Shown piece by piece: positions 1 through 11,411 of a stretch of 45,483 nucleotides of DNA (position 1 is its first letter; each line of letters begins with the position of its first letter). The translations under genes were made by a program, and so were the position numbers. Source of the DNA: Atractiella rhizophila (Eukaryota). Under the pieces are notes generated by a model, which saw nothing but the letters and a program-made list of their open reading frames with translations, had not been told where the DNA came from and made no database searches. The stretch covers positions 1 to 45,483 of the forward strand of contig MU271295.1 in NCBI GenBank assembly GCA_021432655.1, read 5' to 3'.

Positions 1-1023
1 GCGACGAGGTAAGGAAGCTGCTTGTTGCTTGAAATCTTCTGCTTGTTCTCTTTGATCTTCTCCTTCATTGTCGACTCCGCGTGCCGCAAGCGACCCGTCT
101 CGGAACGGAGGATCTTGATTTCATTTTCCAGGAGACTGTTGCAACCACAAAGTCAGTCAGTGAAAAGAGAATGCGGTTGTGCGCTCGTAAATGATAGAAA
201 GCGGTGAGAAGTCTTTGGCAGGCACGTGTTCTATTGGTTGCACACTGATTCTGAACAGAGTACCCTCACGAAGTGCAGTACACAAGCACAGACCGCGGCG
301 CAAGGAGCAAGTAGTCAAGTCTGGTGATAACAGACGTGACACTCTCGAGCTATAAATGAGTGAAAGTGCTCCAAACGACTCATGTCCACTGGCATACGCA
401 GTTTCTGTCATGCCTCTTTCCCCTGCTACTAGTCAACAGCTCGTCAACAGCTCCCACGTCGGTGAGTAAAACCCGACAAATGCGAGTTATGCCTACTTCA
501 GCTCCATCTCTTCCTATGAAACAAGCAACAGTTTTATCAAGTGAGACCTTCCAGCAGGAAGCCTGTTGATGGAAATGGAGGCTGCCTCTCAACATGCAAA
601 AGGCGAGAGGAAACACGCAGCCAAGCACCAGCACTGAACTTGCCTTTTGGCTGTCCAGTAATCTGGGAAGAGGTTGGACTTAATATTATCCTCCAGCAGT
701 CTGCAATAAAGCAGGTGGCTGAAACATCCAACTCCAGCATTCCTCCTTTCATAGAGGCCCGCTTTCCACTGACATCTGTTCCTCGCCAAACATGCACTTC
801 GTCCCTTACACAGAAACAAAATTTGTCTCCTTCTTCTCCCTCCCTTACTCATGAGCCAAGGTGAAAACACAAGCTCACCGAACTCTGGTCATAATCTCCT
901 CAGGGCTCCCCTCCAAAATTTCTTTCGGGATCTCAATCTCCTCTTCCTTCTTCACCTCTTCCTTCACCTCCACATTACCCATCGCTACGTCCTCGCCTCT
1001 TTGCTCCTGGGATGTAGGCTGTT

Positions 1024-1024
<1 letters not shown>
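1..1024 (-). CDS. RPT5: 26S proteasome regulatory ATPase Rpt5 (subunit 6A), copy 1: 3' part of exon 1 (879-1024), intron 136-878, and exon 2 running off the left edge
   Basis: Spliced reading EQPTSQ...[63 protein letters not shown] matches the Rpt5 N-terminal coiled coil and the KQLPYLV(A/S)NV motif. Donor GTGAGC at 878 and acceptor CAG at 136. The AAA domain would lie outside the window. Confidence 0.85.

Positions 1025-1064
<40 letters not shown>
1025..1064. repeat. 40-nt poly(A) run at the junction of the two RPT5 5' copies
   Basis: Homopolymer seen directly. It truncates exon 2 of copy 2 and exon 1 of copy 1, and the two sides are in different frames. Confidence 0.95.
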
Positions 1065-1067
<3 letters not shown>

Positions 1068-2290
1068 CTTTTTACCATCAGCGTCGCCCATTTCGACATC
1101 CCCATCTCCGTCCACGCCCGCCTTCTTCTCTTTCTCTTCTCCTTCGCCCTCCTCCTCATAGTCCGGGTCAATGTCCAAAATCTCGACTACGTTGGCGACG
1201 AGGTAAGGAAGCTGCTTGTTGCTTGAAATCTTCTGCTTGTTCTCTTTGATCTTCTCCTTCATTGTCGACTCCGCGTGCCGCAAGCGACCTGTCTCGGAAC
1301 GGAGGATCTTGATTTCATTTTCCAGGAGACTGTTACAGCCACAAAGTCAGTCAGTAAAAAGAAAATGCGGTTGTGCGCTGGTAAGTGATAGAAAGTGGTG
1401 AGAAGCCTTTGGAAGGCACGTGCTCTATTGGTTGCAGACTGATTCTGACTCTGAACACAGTGCACTCACGAAATGCGGTAAACAAGCAGAGAGCACGGCG
1501 CAAGGAGCAAGCAGTTAAGCCTGTTGATAACCGTCGCGGCATTCTCGAGCTATAAATGAGTGAAAGTGCTCCAAACGACTCATGTCCACTGGCATACTTG
1601 TATCAGCAACGCAGTTTCTGCTATGCCAATTTCCCTGCTGCTAGTCCACAGCTCCACGATCCATTTCGTGAGTAAAAACCCACAACTGCGAGTTGTGCCT
1701 ACTACTTCAGCTCCATCTCTTCCTATGAAACAAGCAACAGTCTCATCAAGTGAGACCTTCCATGAAGCCTGTTGATGGGAATAGAGGCTGCCTCTCAACA
1801 TGCAAAAGGCGAGAGGAAACACGCAGCCAAGCACCAGCACTGAACTTGTCTTTTGGCTGTCCAGTAAACTGGGAAGAGGTTGGACTTAATATTATCCTCC
1901 AGCAGTCTGCAATAAAGCAGGTGGCTGACACATCCAACTCCAGCATTCCTCCTTTCATAGAGGCCCGCTTTCCACTGGCATCTGTTCCTCGCCCAAACAT
2001 GCACTTCGTCCTTACACAGAAACAAAATTTGTCTCCTTTTTCTCCCTCCCTTACTCATGAGCCAAGGTGAAAACATAACCTCACCGAACTCTGGTCATAA
2101 TCTCCTCAGGGCTCCCCTCCAAAATTTCTTTCGGAATCTCAATCTCCTCTTCCTTCTTCACCTCTTCCTTCACCTCGACATTACCCATCGCTACGTCCTC
2201 GCCTCTTTGCTCCTGGGATGTAGGCTGTTCTTTTTCCGCGTCCGGCTTGGTCGGGTCTGGACGCTGCGGGGGTTGAGAGGGAGTAGACAT
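1065..2290 (-). CDS. RPT5: Rpt5 5' region, copy 2: exon 1 2085-2290 (ATG at 2290), intron 1330-2084, exon 2 1065-1329 truncated at the poly(A)
   Basis: MSTPSQPP...[20 protein letters not shown]...[18 protein letters not shown]. Donor GTGAGG, branch-like ACTGAC and acceptor TAACAG join in frame. Confidence 0.85.
1330..2084. ncRNA. Candidate structured RNA element in the unusually long RPT5 intron 1 (second copy at 136-878); family and strand unassigned
   Basis: About 10x longer than the other introns here. Dense in inverted repeats, e.g. CGTGCTCT/AGAGCACG, GTCTCA/TGAGAC (1740-1756), CACAACT/AGTTGTG, CCTCTC/GAGAGG, CAGCCAA/TTGGCTG and long-range CTATGAAA/TTTCATAG. Confidence 0.3.
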
Positions 2291-2530
2291 GATGAAATGT
2301 CAAGGAGAAGGATCTGGTGCTGGTTGGATTGCTGAGAGTGGTCAGGTTGGTAAGTTGTTTCGCGAGGGAGTGACGCGTCGTCGATAGTATAGGGTTAGGG
2401 CTGATAAGAAGGCGGACAAAGAGAGCCAACCGGTTATTTAACGCGTTGAAAGGGAAACTACTTGGAAGTTGCGCCAAAAGCTCTGCTGGGAGTCCAAGTG
2501 CGAGTTGAGTGGAGGATAGGGGACTGCGCC
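2291..2530. promoter_or_regulatory. Short divergent promoter between RPT5 and the SRA-like/AlkB gene, with two MCB-like ACGCGT sites
   Basis: 240 bp between head-to-head ATGs (2290 minus, 2531 plus). ACGCGT at 2373-2378 and 2441-2446, TTTCGCG at 2358-2364. Confidence 0.5.
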
Positions 2531-5500
2531 ATGAAAGTTGGAAAACTGGATATGGGAAATGAGCAGAAAGTGAAGGAGGAGATGTCGTCAACACATCCCG
2601 TTTGCGTGAACCTGGAGGAAGAAGTAAATGGAAGGAGCTGTTCGCAGCCGGAGCGCCTCTCAGAAATTGAGCGAGAAAGTCTCTCGGACGATGTAAACGC
2701 GTCGAAGGATATTCCTTTGCAAGGGAGCGAAGGCGAGCCTCTATCCGAAACAGCAGCTTCGTTTGTCTCGCTCCGTCTTCCTGACCAAGCGCCGGCCGCC
2801 ATAATTGTGGACACTCCAATCGACCATGTTCCTCAGCCTACTGCTCCTACGGAGACTAGTGGGAGCGAGCCGAAAGCAGCACGAAAGAACTGGTCCGACG
2901 CCAGGACCACAGCTCGCTATTCTCTCTACCCTGGATCAACTATGCCTGAAGCTGCTCAAGCAGTGCAAGTAGTTCAAGATACTCAAGACGAAGCTTTGGA
3001 GGTCGAGTCCCTATTACTCAATCGGAACGGAGGGAGGGAGGGAAGGAATAGAAAGGAAACGAGTGTTTGGGAGGGCATTATGGAGGAAGAAAGAGATGCT
3101 GGTCAGTCGTTCTTCCATCGTTAAACCTTTCACGTTGTCTCACGTCGCGCTGGTCGTAGCTAAACATGCTGTTGACACTCCTATTGATCATAACGGAATG
3201 TGTCAACTCGAAGTCTGCTCTCTTTCTCTTGCCGATGACGACAACAACCGGAGAGAAGGGAACATGGAACAACGTAAACCCGCATCGTTAAAACAGACCA
3301 CATCTGCGTCCACTTTAGCCTTCACACCACTCGCCACGTCTGTTGCAGAAAGGAGTGAACGCTCTACTTCTGCCTCCAACTACAGGGAATGTGAAACAGA
3401 AGGCAACGGCAAATACGTCAAAGCTACAAACCAAAACGACCCTGAACACTCCAGCGAAACACCTTCTGTTCCTATGAAGGGAAAGCGAAAACGGTCCCCA
3501 TCACCATTCGACCCTTCGCACGCTCGTCGTACCAAACGATGGAATCGGAGTGTTGGACCTTCCGACACGTTTACCCCGCCCATGTCTGGCGGCGGCCGTT
3601 GTGGAAGGTGGGAGTGGAAGATGACGCCGGAGAAGAGTTTGCTGGGCGTTGATCTGGTGGAGGAGGGGAAGAAGAGGAGCTGTTGGGGAAGGAGAGAAAG
3701 TTTACTTTCACCTTTGGTAAAACGACCCGAAGTGAGGACAGGGAAAGGGAAGAGAGAAGGCAGTAAGGAGCATCTTAAAAAGAGGAGGGGGAAGGACAAT
3801 AACTTGGAGCAGAAAGAAGTTGCGGTGGAAACGGGCTTAGAGAAGAAAGAGCGAAGGATCCCTTTGGAGGTGGAGACAGGCCTACCAGTGGTGGGACGGA
3901 ATGAACTAGAATCAGAAGCGAAGGTTGAGGCCGCTAGGGACGGCGATAAGGCACTGGACGAGCTTTTGGGGGATGAGATGTGGATGGAGGAAATCGTTTT
4001 GGTGCAACTTGACTCAACTGTCCAAAACGACATGGAAGGCGTGGAAGACGGCAGGCGGGAGGAAGAGGAAGAGCTTGAGAAAGAAGGCATGGCAGAAGAA
4101 GAGGCACCTGACAGACAGCAGAAGTGTGTAGCTTCAAGGGAACTCAAACCGAAAATCGATGGCGAAATCGAAAGTGGAGAAAGCCTTCAAAAGTCTGACC
4201 GCCAACAGACATTCGAGTTGATGCCAGCGAAGAACATATTTGAGGTGGAAATCCTGGAATATGGAACGAAGAGAGCGTGTCGAGATAAAGTGATCAACTA
4301 TTTTCCTGCAACGCCCCCAAGAGGTTTGGCTACCTCCCCTTCAAGTGATATTAGAACTGATTGTCAGGATGCAGAGAGCAAGCTGCAAGCGTCAGCTTCT
4401 CGTGAAAAGAGAGGAAGGAGGAAGAAGAAGGTACACGAATGGGAACCAGAAGAGTACCAGTTAAAAATGGCTGCAATTGAACCTTCGACTAGGATGTCCC
4501 GTCTTCCCAAAGGTTTCAACTCCCAGTCAGGGATTTCAGACCCATTCGCGCGCTTGAACGGCACTGAAGCTACAGCGGAAGAACTAGAATTTTCGGTGTC
4601 ACTGGCAATGGACAAGGTTGGGTTTCAATCTATACCTTCGCCTCAGTCTACCAGAGCTGCCGATTATGAATGTAACAAAACACGCGAATATACTTCTGTT
4701 ACAGGCAACGCTGAGAACTCCGATATTCTTTGCGATGTGCCTGCGAGTCGTGACATCAGCAAGCTAACCTCAAACAGCCCTTCTTGGAGTATACCTACGG
4801 ACCCAGACGAGGAAGGGGCGGACAACTCAGTTCTTTCCTCTGTTCACGACCAAGAAGGGAAGCTGTTGGATACTGAACCGATAGCCAGAACTTCAGCACA
4901 CTCCAACCACCAGTCCCGACGTGTCCAACCGTCGCGACTCTCGAAGACAGCTCCGCACTATCTAGAGCAAATGTCCGATGGAGAAACCGAAAATAGGCAA
5001 CATGCAAGAGTTAGATCGCAAAGGAGAAAGCTTCAGTCGCAGAGGCGTATTTGGAAGTCTTGGGACAAGAACCCATCCTCGAAACGAGCCAACGAGCGAA
5101 TGACGGGTCGACGAGCTGCTGGCGTCTCAGAAGAGGTTCCAGAGGTAAATATCTTTACAGAGGACCCTATCCTGCCAGAAGGATCGTCTCGGATTTCAAA
5201 GATCAACGCTGCAAAGCTTACGAGACAGCAACTAACTTGGAGCATCCCAACCAGCAAACCTGGTCCAAACAAGCGTTTCAACTCTTCATCCATCAAACTG
5301 TCTCTATTACGCCCACAAAAGGTCTCAACGAAGCGGTTGGCAGGTCAACAGAAAGGAGTAATGAAGAAAAACTACTCGGTCAGCAAACGGGCATCAAAAT
5401 GTGGAAGAGGAAGGCGACAGCAAGTAACGCGGGCCACCCCCATTGTTCACTGCAATATCAACCGTCGTTCAAACAGAATTACGCAACAGACAGAGAAGGC

Positions 5501-8500
5501 GAAACGATTTGAGACAACCATGAAACTTTTTGAGGACATGGCAGATGAAAACTGGGGTGTCGCTAATCCACCTCCTGAAGAGGAAAATGTCGATTCGCTA
5601 GCTGTCATCTCAGCTATGTTACTTCAATTCGATAATGAGCTAGACTGTGCAAACACGTCCGTTGTGGATGAAGCTCAGGCTCAGTTGGAAGAATCGCTAT
5701 ATGAAGCATCCTTCGAGATTGTAACCAGACTGTCAAAAGCGATTGAGCTGCTTAAACCAGTTTGGAAGGCTGAGCTCTCTCTGAAGATCGAAAAAGAAAT
5801 GGCTTTATATGATGAGAGAGCGATGCGTATCCTTGACGATGTTTCTCACCTTCAACCGGCAGCCAGAGTACTCTCAGTGCACTATTCCGAAGGAATCAGG
5901 CTCCTCAAATCAACTTGGAGAAATCAACTTCCTTTAGCGCAAACTATGCGCCGAAGACAGTTTCCCGAAGGGATCCAGCGACCATTTCGAAATCTCAAAG
6001 GGAAGAAAGGGATGCAAGCACCTGGCGACATCCCGAAAGGGGCGAACAAAGGTGTCATTCATCCGAAAATTCTAGAGGCTGACTGGGTTGCACTGGAGAA
6101 AGACCAACTTCACATGATCAGTGGCAAGCCTCCAATCTGGTCACAAGTAGGTGGTATGCGATCCCTTCGGCCATGTTCTGACGATAACGCGTAGACCCGG
6201 CAGGAGCTGTGTGAAGCTTTAGACTATTACAGAACCTATCAAAGTATGCTCCTCTGTCGTTTTTGATGGGTTTTAAACACATTCGTCAGGCGGCAGCTAT
6301 TACAGCGGCGGTTTAGTGCACGGTTATCTACTAGATGGCTTTCCAGCTGCTAGAGACCAATGGGCAGCCAATGGTAAAGTGATAATTTCTCATGGGTATG
6401 TTTTGTCTCTCCACAGGCACAGCCCTGTTTCACTGAATTTTTGCAGTGGGGGAAAGTCGATGAGGGATCCTACTGACCCTACTAAGCGGGTCCTTTTTGC
6501 GTCACAGTCGGAGGACGCGAGCTTTGCGGTTTCCGCTCTCACAAACACGATGTTGAACGGAGTCCGTCTATTGCTTTAGAACAGATATCATTCTGACCAC
6601 ACAATAGTACCCAATCGTCCTGTTGGGTCAAAATTCTACTGACTAAGCGGCCATCAAGCTAACCTTGTCGCAGCCGGCGCCAACTATGAAAAATGGCCTA
6701 TGTTAAAGAAATGGGGCGTAAAAATATGCGGTATTGGGGTATTTATTTGGTGACAACATTGTTCGTTTTTGTTCATACTGCCATCTCGCTGACTGTTTTC
6801 ATAGGTTCCATGACTTTGAAGATGGTATTGATCGAGTGACTGGAGAAAGGGCGAGGTATTACAGAACCTATTTTCGTTTCGGTTTGTTATCTTCAGCTGC
6901 TAGGGCCAGAACCTTCCTTCTCTAATGTTTTATCTACAGAATGGATACAGAAACAGGGAGAACCGTGGTGGATAGAGAAAGGGATAGGAGAGGACTTCGA
7001 CTCCAACGACATGTCACCATTCATACCTTCGTCGACAATTGGCGCGAACCTTGCAGTCGGCATACCTGCGTCTTGCCGTATGTGCCATAGAATTTCAGAC
7101 ACTATCTTCGAAGTCAGCGGGTCACCTACTTGGATTTGTCTCCACGGCGACTGTCCCTCAGCACAAGATCAATTAACGACGCAGAAAAGGCCATGGCTGA
7201 CGTACAGCCACAGTTTTCTCGTCTCTAAATTTGCCTACACGCGAGACACGGTACCATATGCCCTTAAGCCACTTTCCGATTTCGCTTTGAATAACAAGGA
7301 TCAGATTTGCAGGGTGAGATGCCTTCTACTTTTTCAATATTAAAAATTTCACCGTGCTAGGGTGTTTACTGTCACGAGTGCGGACGGCTATCATCCCGCG
7401 AACAATGGACGAGATGGACGTGCAGCAACGAAAGCTGCTCTAACTCAGTGTCTTGCATCCCTGAACCTGCGATACTTGAAGATTTGATTCGTTCTCACAA
7501 ACCTGATCGAAATGAGCACGACCAGTCAATTCCCTTCTGCGAGAGCCACACTCCCAGAGCGACAATCCGTCAGTACGATATGGAAGGTGATGCTCGGGTG
7601 TTTCACATTTTACCAACCAATTCAAGTATGGCTTCTACCATCCTTCAGGAATACCAAGAGCGATGGTGTATGGAGCTGTTCTCAAGACACAGATCAAGGA
7701 CGACCACAATACCGGGCAAATTTCTCTCCCAACATTTTCTCTTCAATGCGGTTAGCGTTTGAACCTAAGTAATTCTAGCTAATAACTATTTCTAGGGCAA
7801 ACAATATTCCTACGATGATATTTTACCTCACCTCCCCCTCGATTGCGCTCCAACAGCTGTCAGCTCGGCTTTGGACTACATTCATAGTACGTTGGCCAAC
7901 GTCGAAGGTGCTGGATCCCCTCTATTTGATGAGGTACTTTCAGTCGCGTATATGAAGGGTGAGCCATGTTCTTCATCTTAACATAATTTGATTTGTCGCA
8001 ATACAGGTCAGAAGATGTCGGTGGGTTCAGTGATATTTACTTAAGAGGCTGCATCTTACATCCCGTATAGTACCACGACGACGGTGAGGAAGGCTTAGGC
8101 ATGTCTATCGCGTCAGTGTCGCTCGGGTCAACCGGAGAAATGTCCTTCAGAAAGAAAAGGAGGCTTTGCAGACCGGATGAAAACACGACAAGACTGCTCA
8201 AGCTTGTTTTACATCATGGAGATGTTGTCCTCATGACTGGTGATTCCATGCAGCGAATCTATGAGGTGGCTTGCGTCATTAATTTCCGGATGTTTTTAAC
8301 AGAGCTTTAGCACGAAGTCAGGACAAAAGGATTTCGAATAGGTATGTTTGAATTGCAAGTATTACTCGCACTGACTCCTCATAAATAGCCGCGACCGCAC
8401 GATCTATTGATGAAGTTAAACACACAAACTGGTTGAGAAAGAAATTCGGTTCTTCGTACGTACAAAGTACCTTCTTTCAAGGAACCTCAACGTGTTTATA

Positions 8501-8856
8501 TGTATGGCAAAAGTGTTATGGCTAATCCTTCGAAGGCACTTCGTCCCACGATGGCAAACAGATCGCCAAGTTCCCATACTACTACCACCGAAGATATCTC
8601 TGCATTATGGGTCAATGGCACGGCCATTAGCCCTTATGCAAACGTTATAACCTCAAACCCACATATTTCTATCGACAAGGACGTAAACATGACATTACCA
8701 AAACTGTTCATGCGAAACAGCGCTGTTCCTCCTTCACCCACTCATCTTGCGGAGCCAGGTCTGCCTCGCTTGTCTCCCTCCTTTCTTTCGACTGAGTGCG
8801 AATACGAAATTATGCATTCTCCTTGCACCCAAAACCTGCTCAACTTCAAATTGTGA
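2531..8856 (+). pseudogene. SAD/SRA-like + Cys-cluster + AlkB-family dioxygenase gene, copy A; frameshifted as assembled (error or pseudogene); 3' end uncertain (8525, ~8650 or 8856)
   Basis: Same exon structure as copy B: exon 1 2531-3101, exon 2 3160-6146, exon 3 from 6195, with YHDDGEEGLG and LHHGDVVLM motifs. Two +1 homopolymer insertions near 6720-6745 give a premature TGA in the YAVLGYY exon. Confidence 0.75.
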
Positions 8857-9274
8857 ACATCTTGGAAACTGCAGCTAGATAGTGCACAGTTTTCAAACCT
8901 TTGTGTCGTTCCCGCATCCCTGCCAGCTCTTCAAAGTATTATCAGTTTATCCATTACTTATTAGTCTAACCACCAATTTATAATCGATGGGCTCACTCTC
9001 CTTTGTCAGTAGATAGTAAATCGTTCGTCTTCCACATAGCATTATCTAGCGTTCTTAACATACTCAAGGTACGCATACCAATTATAACTTATAATCTTCT
9101 AGTACTGAGCTCTGTCCAACGAAAAACAAAGCATTGATTTCAGCAATATGATACGACAAGCAGTGGCAAAGGTAAGACAAAATAAGATAAAAGCTTGACG
9201 TCAGAGAAATTCAGAAGTAAGTAGGTATCATCAATCATAAAATCGCATAAAATCTTGTTGCAAAATGATTGAAA

Positions 9275-11411
9275 CTAAGCATTTTGAATCCTTTTCATTC
9301 TCCCTTCGCTCATTCTCATTTGTGCCCAACCTGAATTAGCAAGGTCATAAGCTCGTACCGTGACGATTTGTGAGACAGATTGACAAACCTTTTAGACCGA
9401 AGAGAAAGAGCTGGAACACGAAAACGATGGACACAACGGCCACCGGTGATATTGAGGATTCCCATAACATGGTCTAGACAGGTCAGGAATCAACGGACGT
9501 CGCGATACGTGAATGACGAATGCTCACCAACTTCATATCGCATCGCTGCGAAAACAACTTGTTCCGTGCTCTCTACAAAGACGACTCCTCCAGCGGTTAA
9601 GCAAAATGCAGCGATAAACTCAGTCGGGCCTTGAAGGTAGGACGCTGCTTGGCTAACGACCAAATGTACCGTTAGTTAGGTTACGGGGGGAAGGCATTGA
9701 CAAACGTACAGGCCGAACGAAGAGGAAGAAGTAAGTAAGCAATCTGGATATCCCAAAGCCAGTGAGGAGATTCCCCCAAAGAGAGTGGATGGTCATCTGG
9801 AACCTGTAGGTTTGATGATGAGAACCCATCGCGAGGCCAACAATCATTATCCCTATGGCTGGGAGAGGATTGAAGCTGTAATTGTAAGTTGGAGGCTGTT
9901 CGACTTCGGAAGGAGAGCGATGGTTCAGCCTGTCGAGAGTTGAGAACGTGATCCACTTCTTCAGCCTCCTGCTTTCGATAAGAAGACCAAGCAAGCCAAC
10001 CCAGCACAACATAACGGCTATCACACGAGAGCGGTCAGATTGAGAAGCCTGGAGAAGGATACAGACCAATGCTGATATGTTGTACATCCTTCACAGTAAA
10101 TGGATCCCCATCGTGCGCTCCTTTTCGCTCGTAGAACTGCTGCGTCGCTCCATAGAGGAAGATAACGAAGCTTTCTACCCACTCTGCGCTCACTGCATTG
10201 TCCCTCCATGAATGCGTTTGTGGCCGTTTGTTCCATGCCCATCCCAGTTCACTCCATGCGCCGAGGTAGCGTGCGAAGGTCAAAAGGCCGTAAAAGAAGA
10301 AGATGGATCCTTTATGCATCGCCAATGAGCAAAACACCAATTGAGAGCGGTGGGCGCACCTTTGATGATATGCGCCAAACATCCATTGATGTAATTCTGC
10401 CTGCAACTTCCTGTATAGACCACGATGCCGCTACACAATTCTGCAAAACCAAGGAAGAGGAGAGACCGTTCGAGAGCAATCAAGGTGTACTTCAAGATGG
10501 TTGACAGCTTGGAGCTCGCGGAGGAACGAGACAGGTGAAACTTTTTTGGGTCTGGGTCGAAGAAAGCTGAATCTCCTCGAACAGAGTCGATAGAAGTCGA
10601 GATGGACATCCTGCTGTTCCTCCTCGGATGTTCCTCTTCATCAAGCAGAGTTTCATCTTCCGAATGGCTGAGGCTTGAATATAAACCCCCTTTGCCATTC
10701 TGATTGGATTTCCAAAAAGTCTTCAGTCCAATCATGCCCCACGACCATCCGACCTTCGCCTTTCCCGAATTGCCTCCCGCGAATCGATTCCATAAAGAAA
10801 AGGTGAAACTAGGACGTCCTTGATGTTGAGGAGCACGACAAAGAAAAGAATGGGCCAGGCCAGCGTCGAATGCGTTTCCCCTTCGTACAGATCTGGTGTA
10901 AGCTTCTTGTACATCGAAATAGTCCCCAAAAGCAGTGTGACTAAAAATCCGACCCGAGGCAGAAGAGCTAGTGGGTGTTTTGCAGTCCGAAGAAAGAGAA
11001 CTGTCCTCGAGCAGTGGTCAACCCTAACATTTGAAGGGAAGAAGGAGGGACCCACAACAGGGCAGGAAGAAGAACCAGCTTGCGCTCATCAGTCCAATAT
11101 GCCAACCCATCAGTCCACCCTGTCCCCTCCCAAAATCGGGCCAATTTTCGTCTCCTCCATTCCTATCAAATTCGATCAAGGATAATGGATCCCTCTCATG
11201 TTGACCAAATCTGCTCCATATCCAGCTCGTCCAGAGGCTCCCCTGCACCATGATGATCGCCCTACTGACCAACTTCGCCGCTAGAGCTGTGGAAGAGGAA
11301 GATAGGTCGTTGTCTTTCGTTGCGGGGAGAAGTAAGGGAAGAGCCAGTAGCCGTCCGTGTGGTTGAAAAAAACAAGTTTGCCCATGCAACAGCATACGGA
11401 AGCGCCTTCAT
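9275..11411 (-). pseudogene. Ytp1/DUF2427-type multi-pass membrane protein, copy A; several frameshifts as assembled
   Basis: Same motifs as copy B, but with 1-2 nt indels relative to B near 9445, 9627, 10807, 11200 and 11262. Confidence 0.75.

Larger units (their letters stand above)
1..2230. repeat. Tandem near-duplication: 1-1024 corresponds to 1195-2230
   Basis: Exons are nearly identical; the introns differ by many substitutions and indels (743 vs 755 nt). Confidence 0.95.

Noticed and set aside
851..1283. ORFs with poly-Lys or poly-Phe tracts
   Set aside because: They are translations through the 40-nt A run at a probable assembly junction.
1330..2084. RPT5 intron as RNase P/MRP, U17/snR30 or U1
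   Set aside because: Diagnostic motifs were not found, or the partial look-alikes (GGGAAATT, ACTTACC) are not conserved between the two copies.
2390..2401. AGGGTTAGGG as a telomeric seed or telomerase RNA template
   Set aside because: Under two repeat units, in a promoter, with no supporting structure; compatible with chance.
3380..4147. Long Ser-rich minus-strand ORFs (also 13698-14615)
   Set aside because: Antisense to Glu/Lys-rich coding sequence of the dioxygenase gene.
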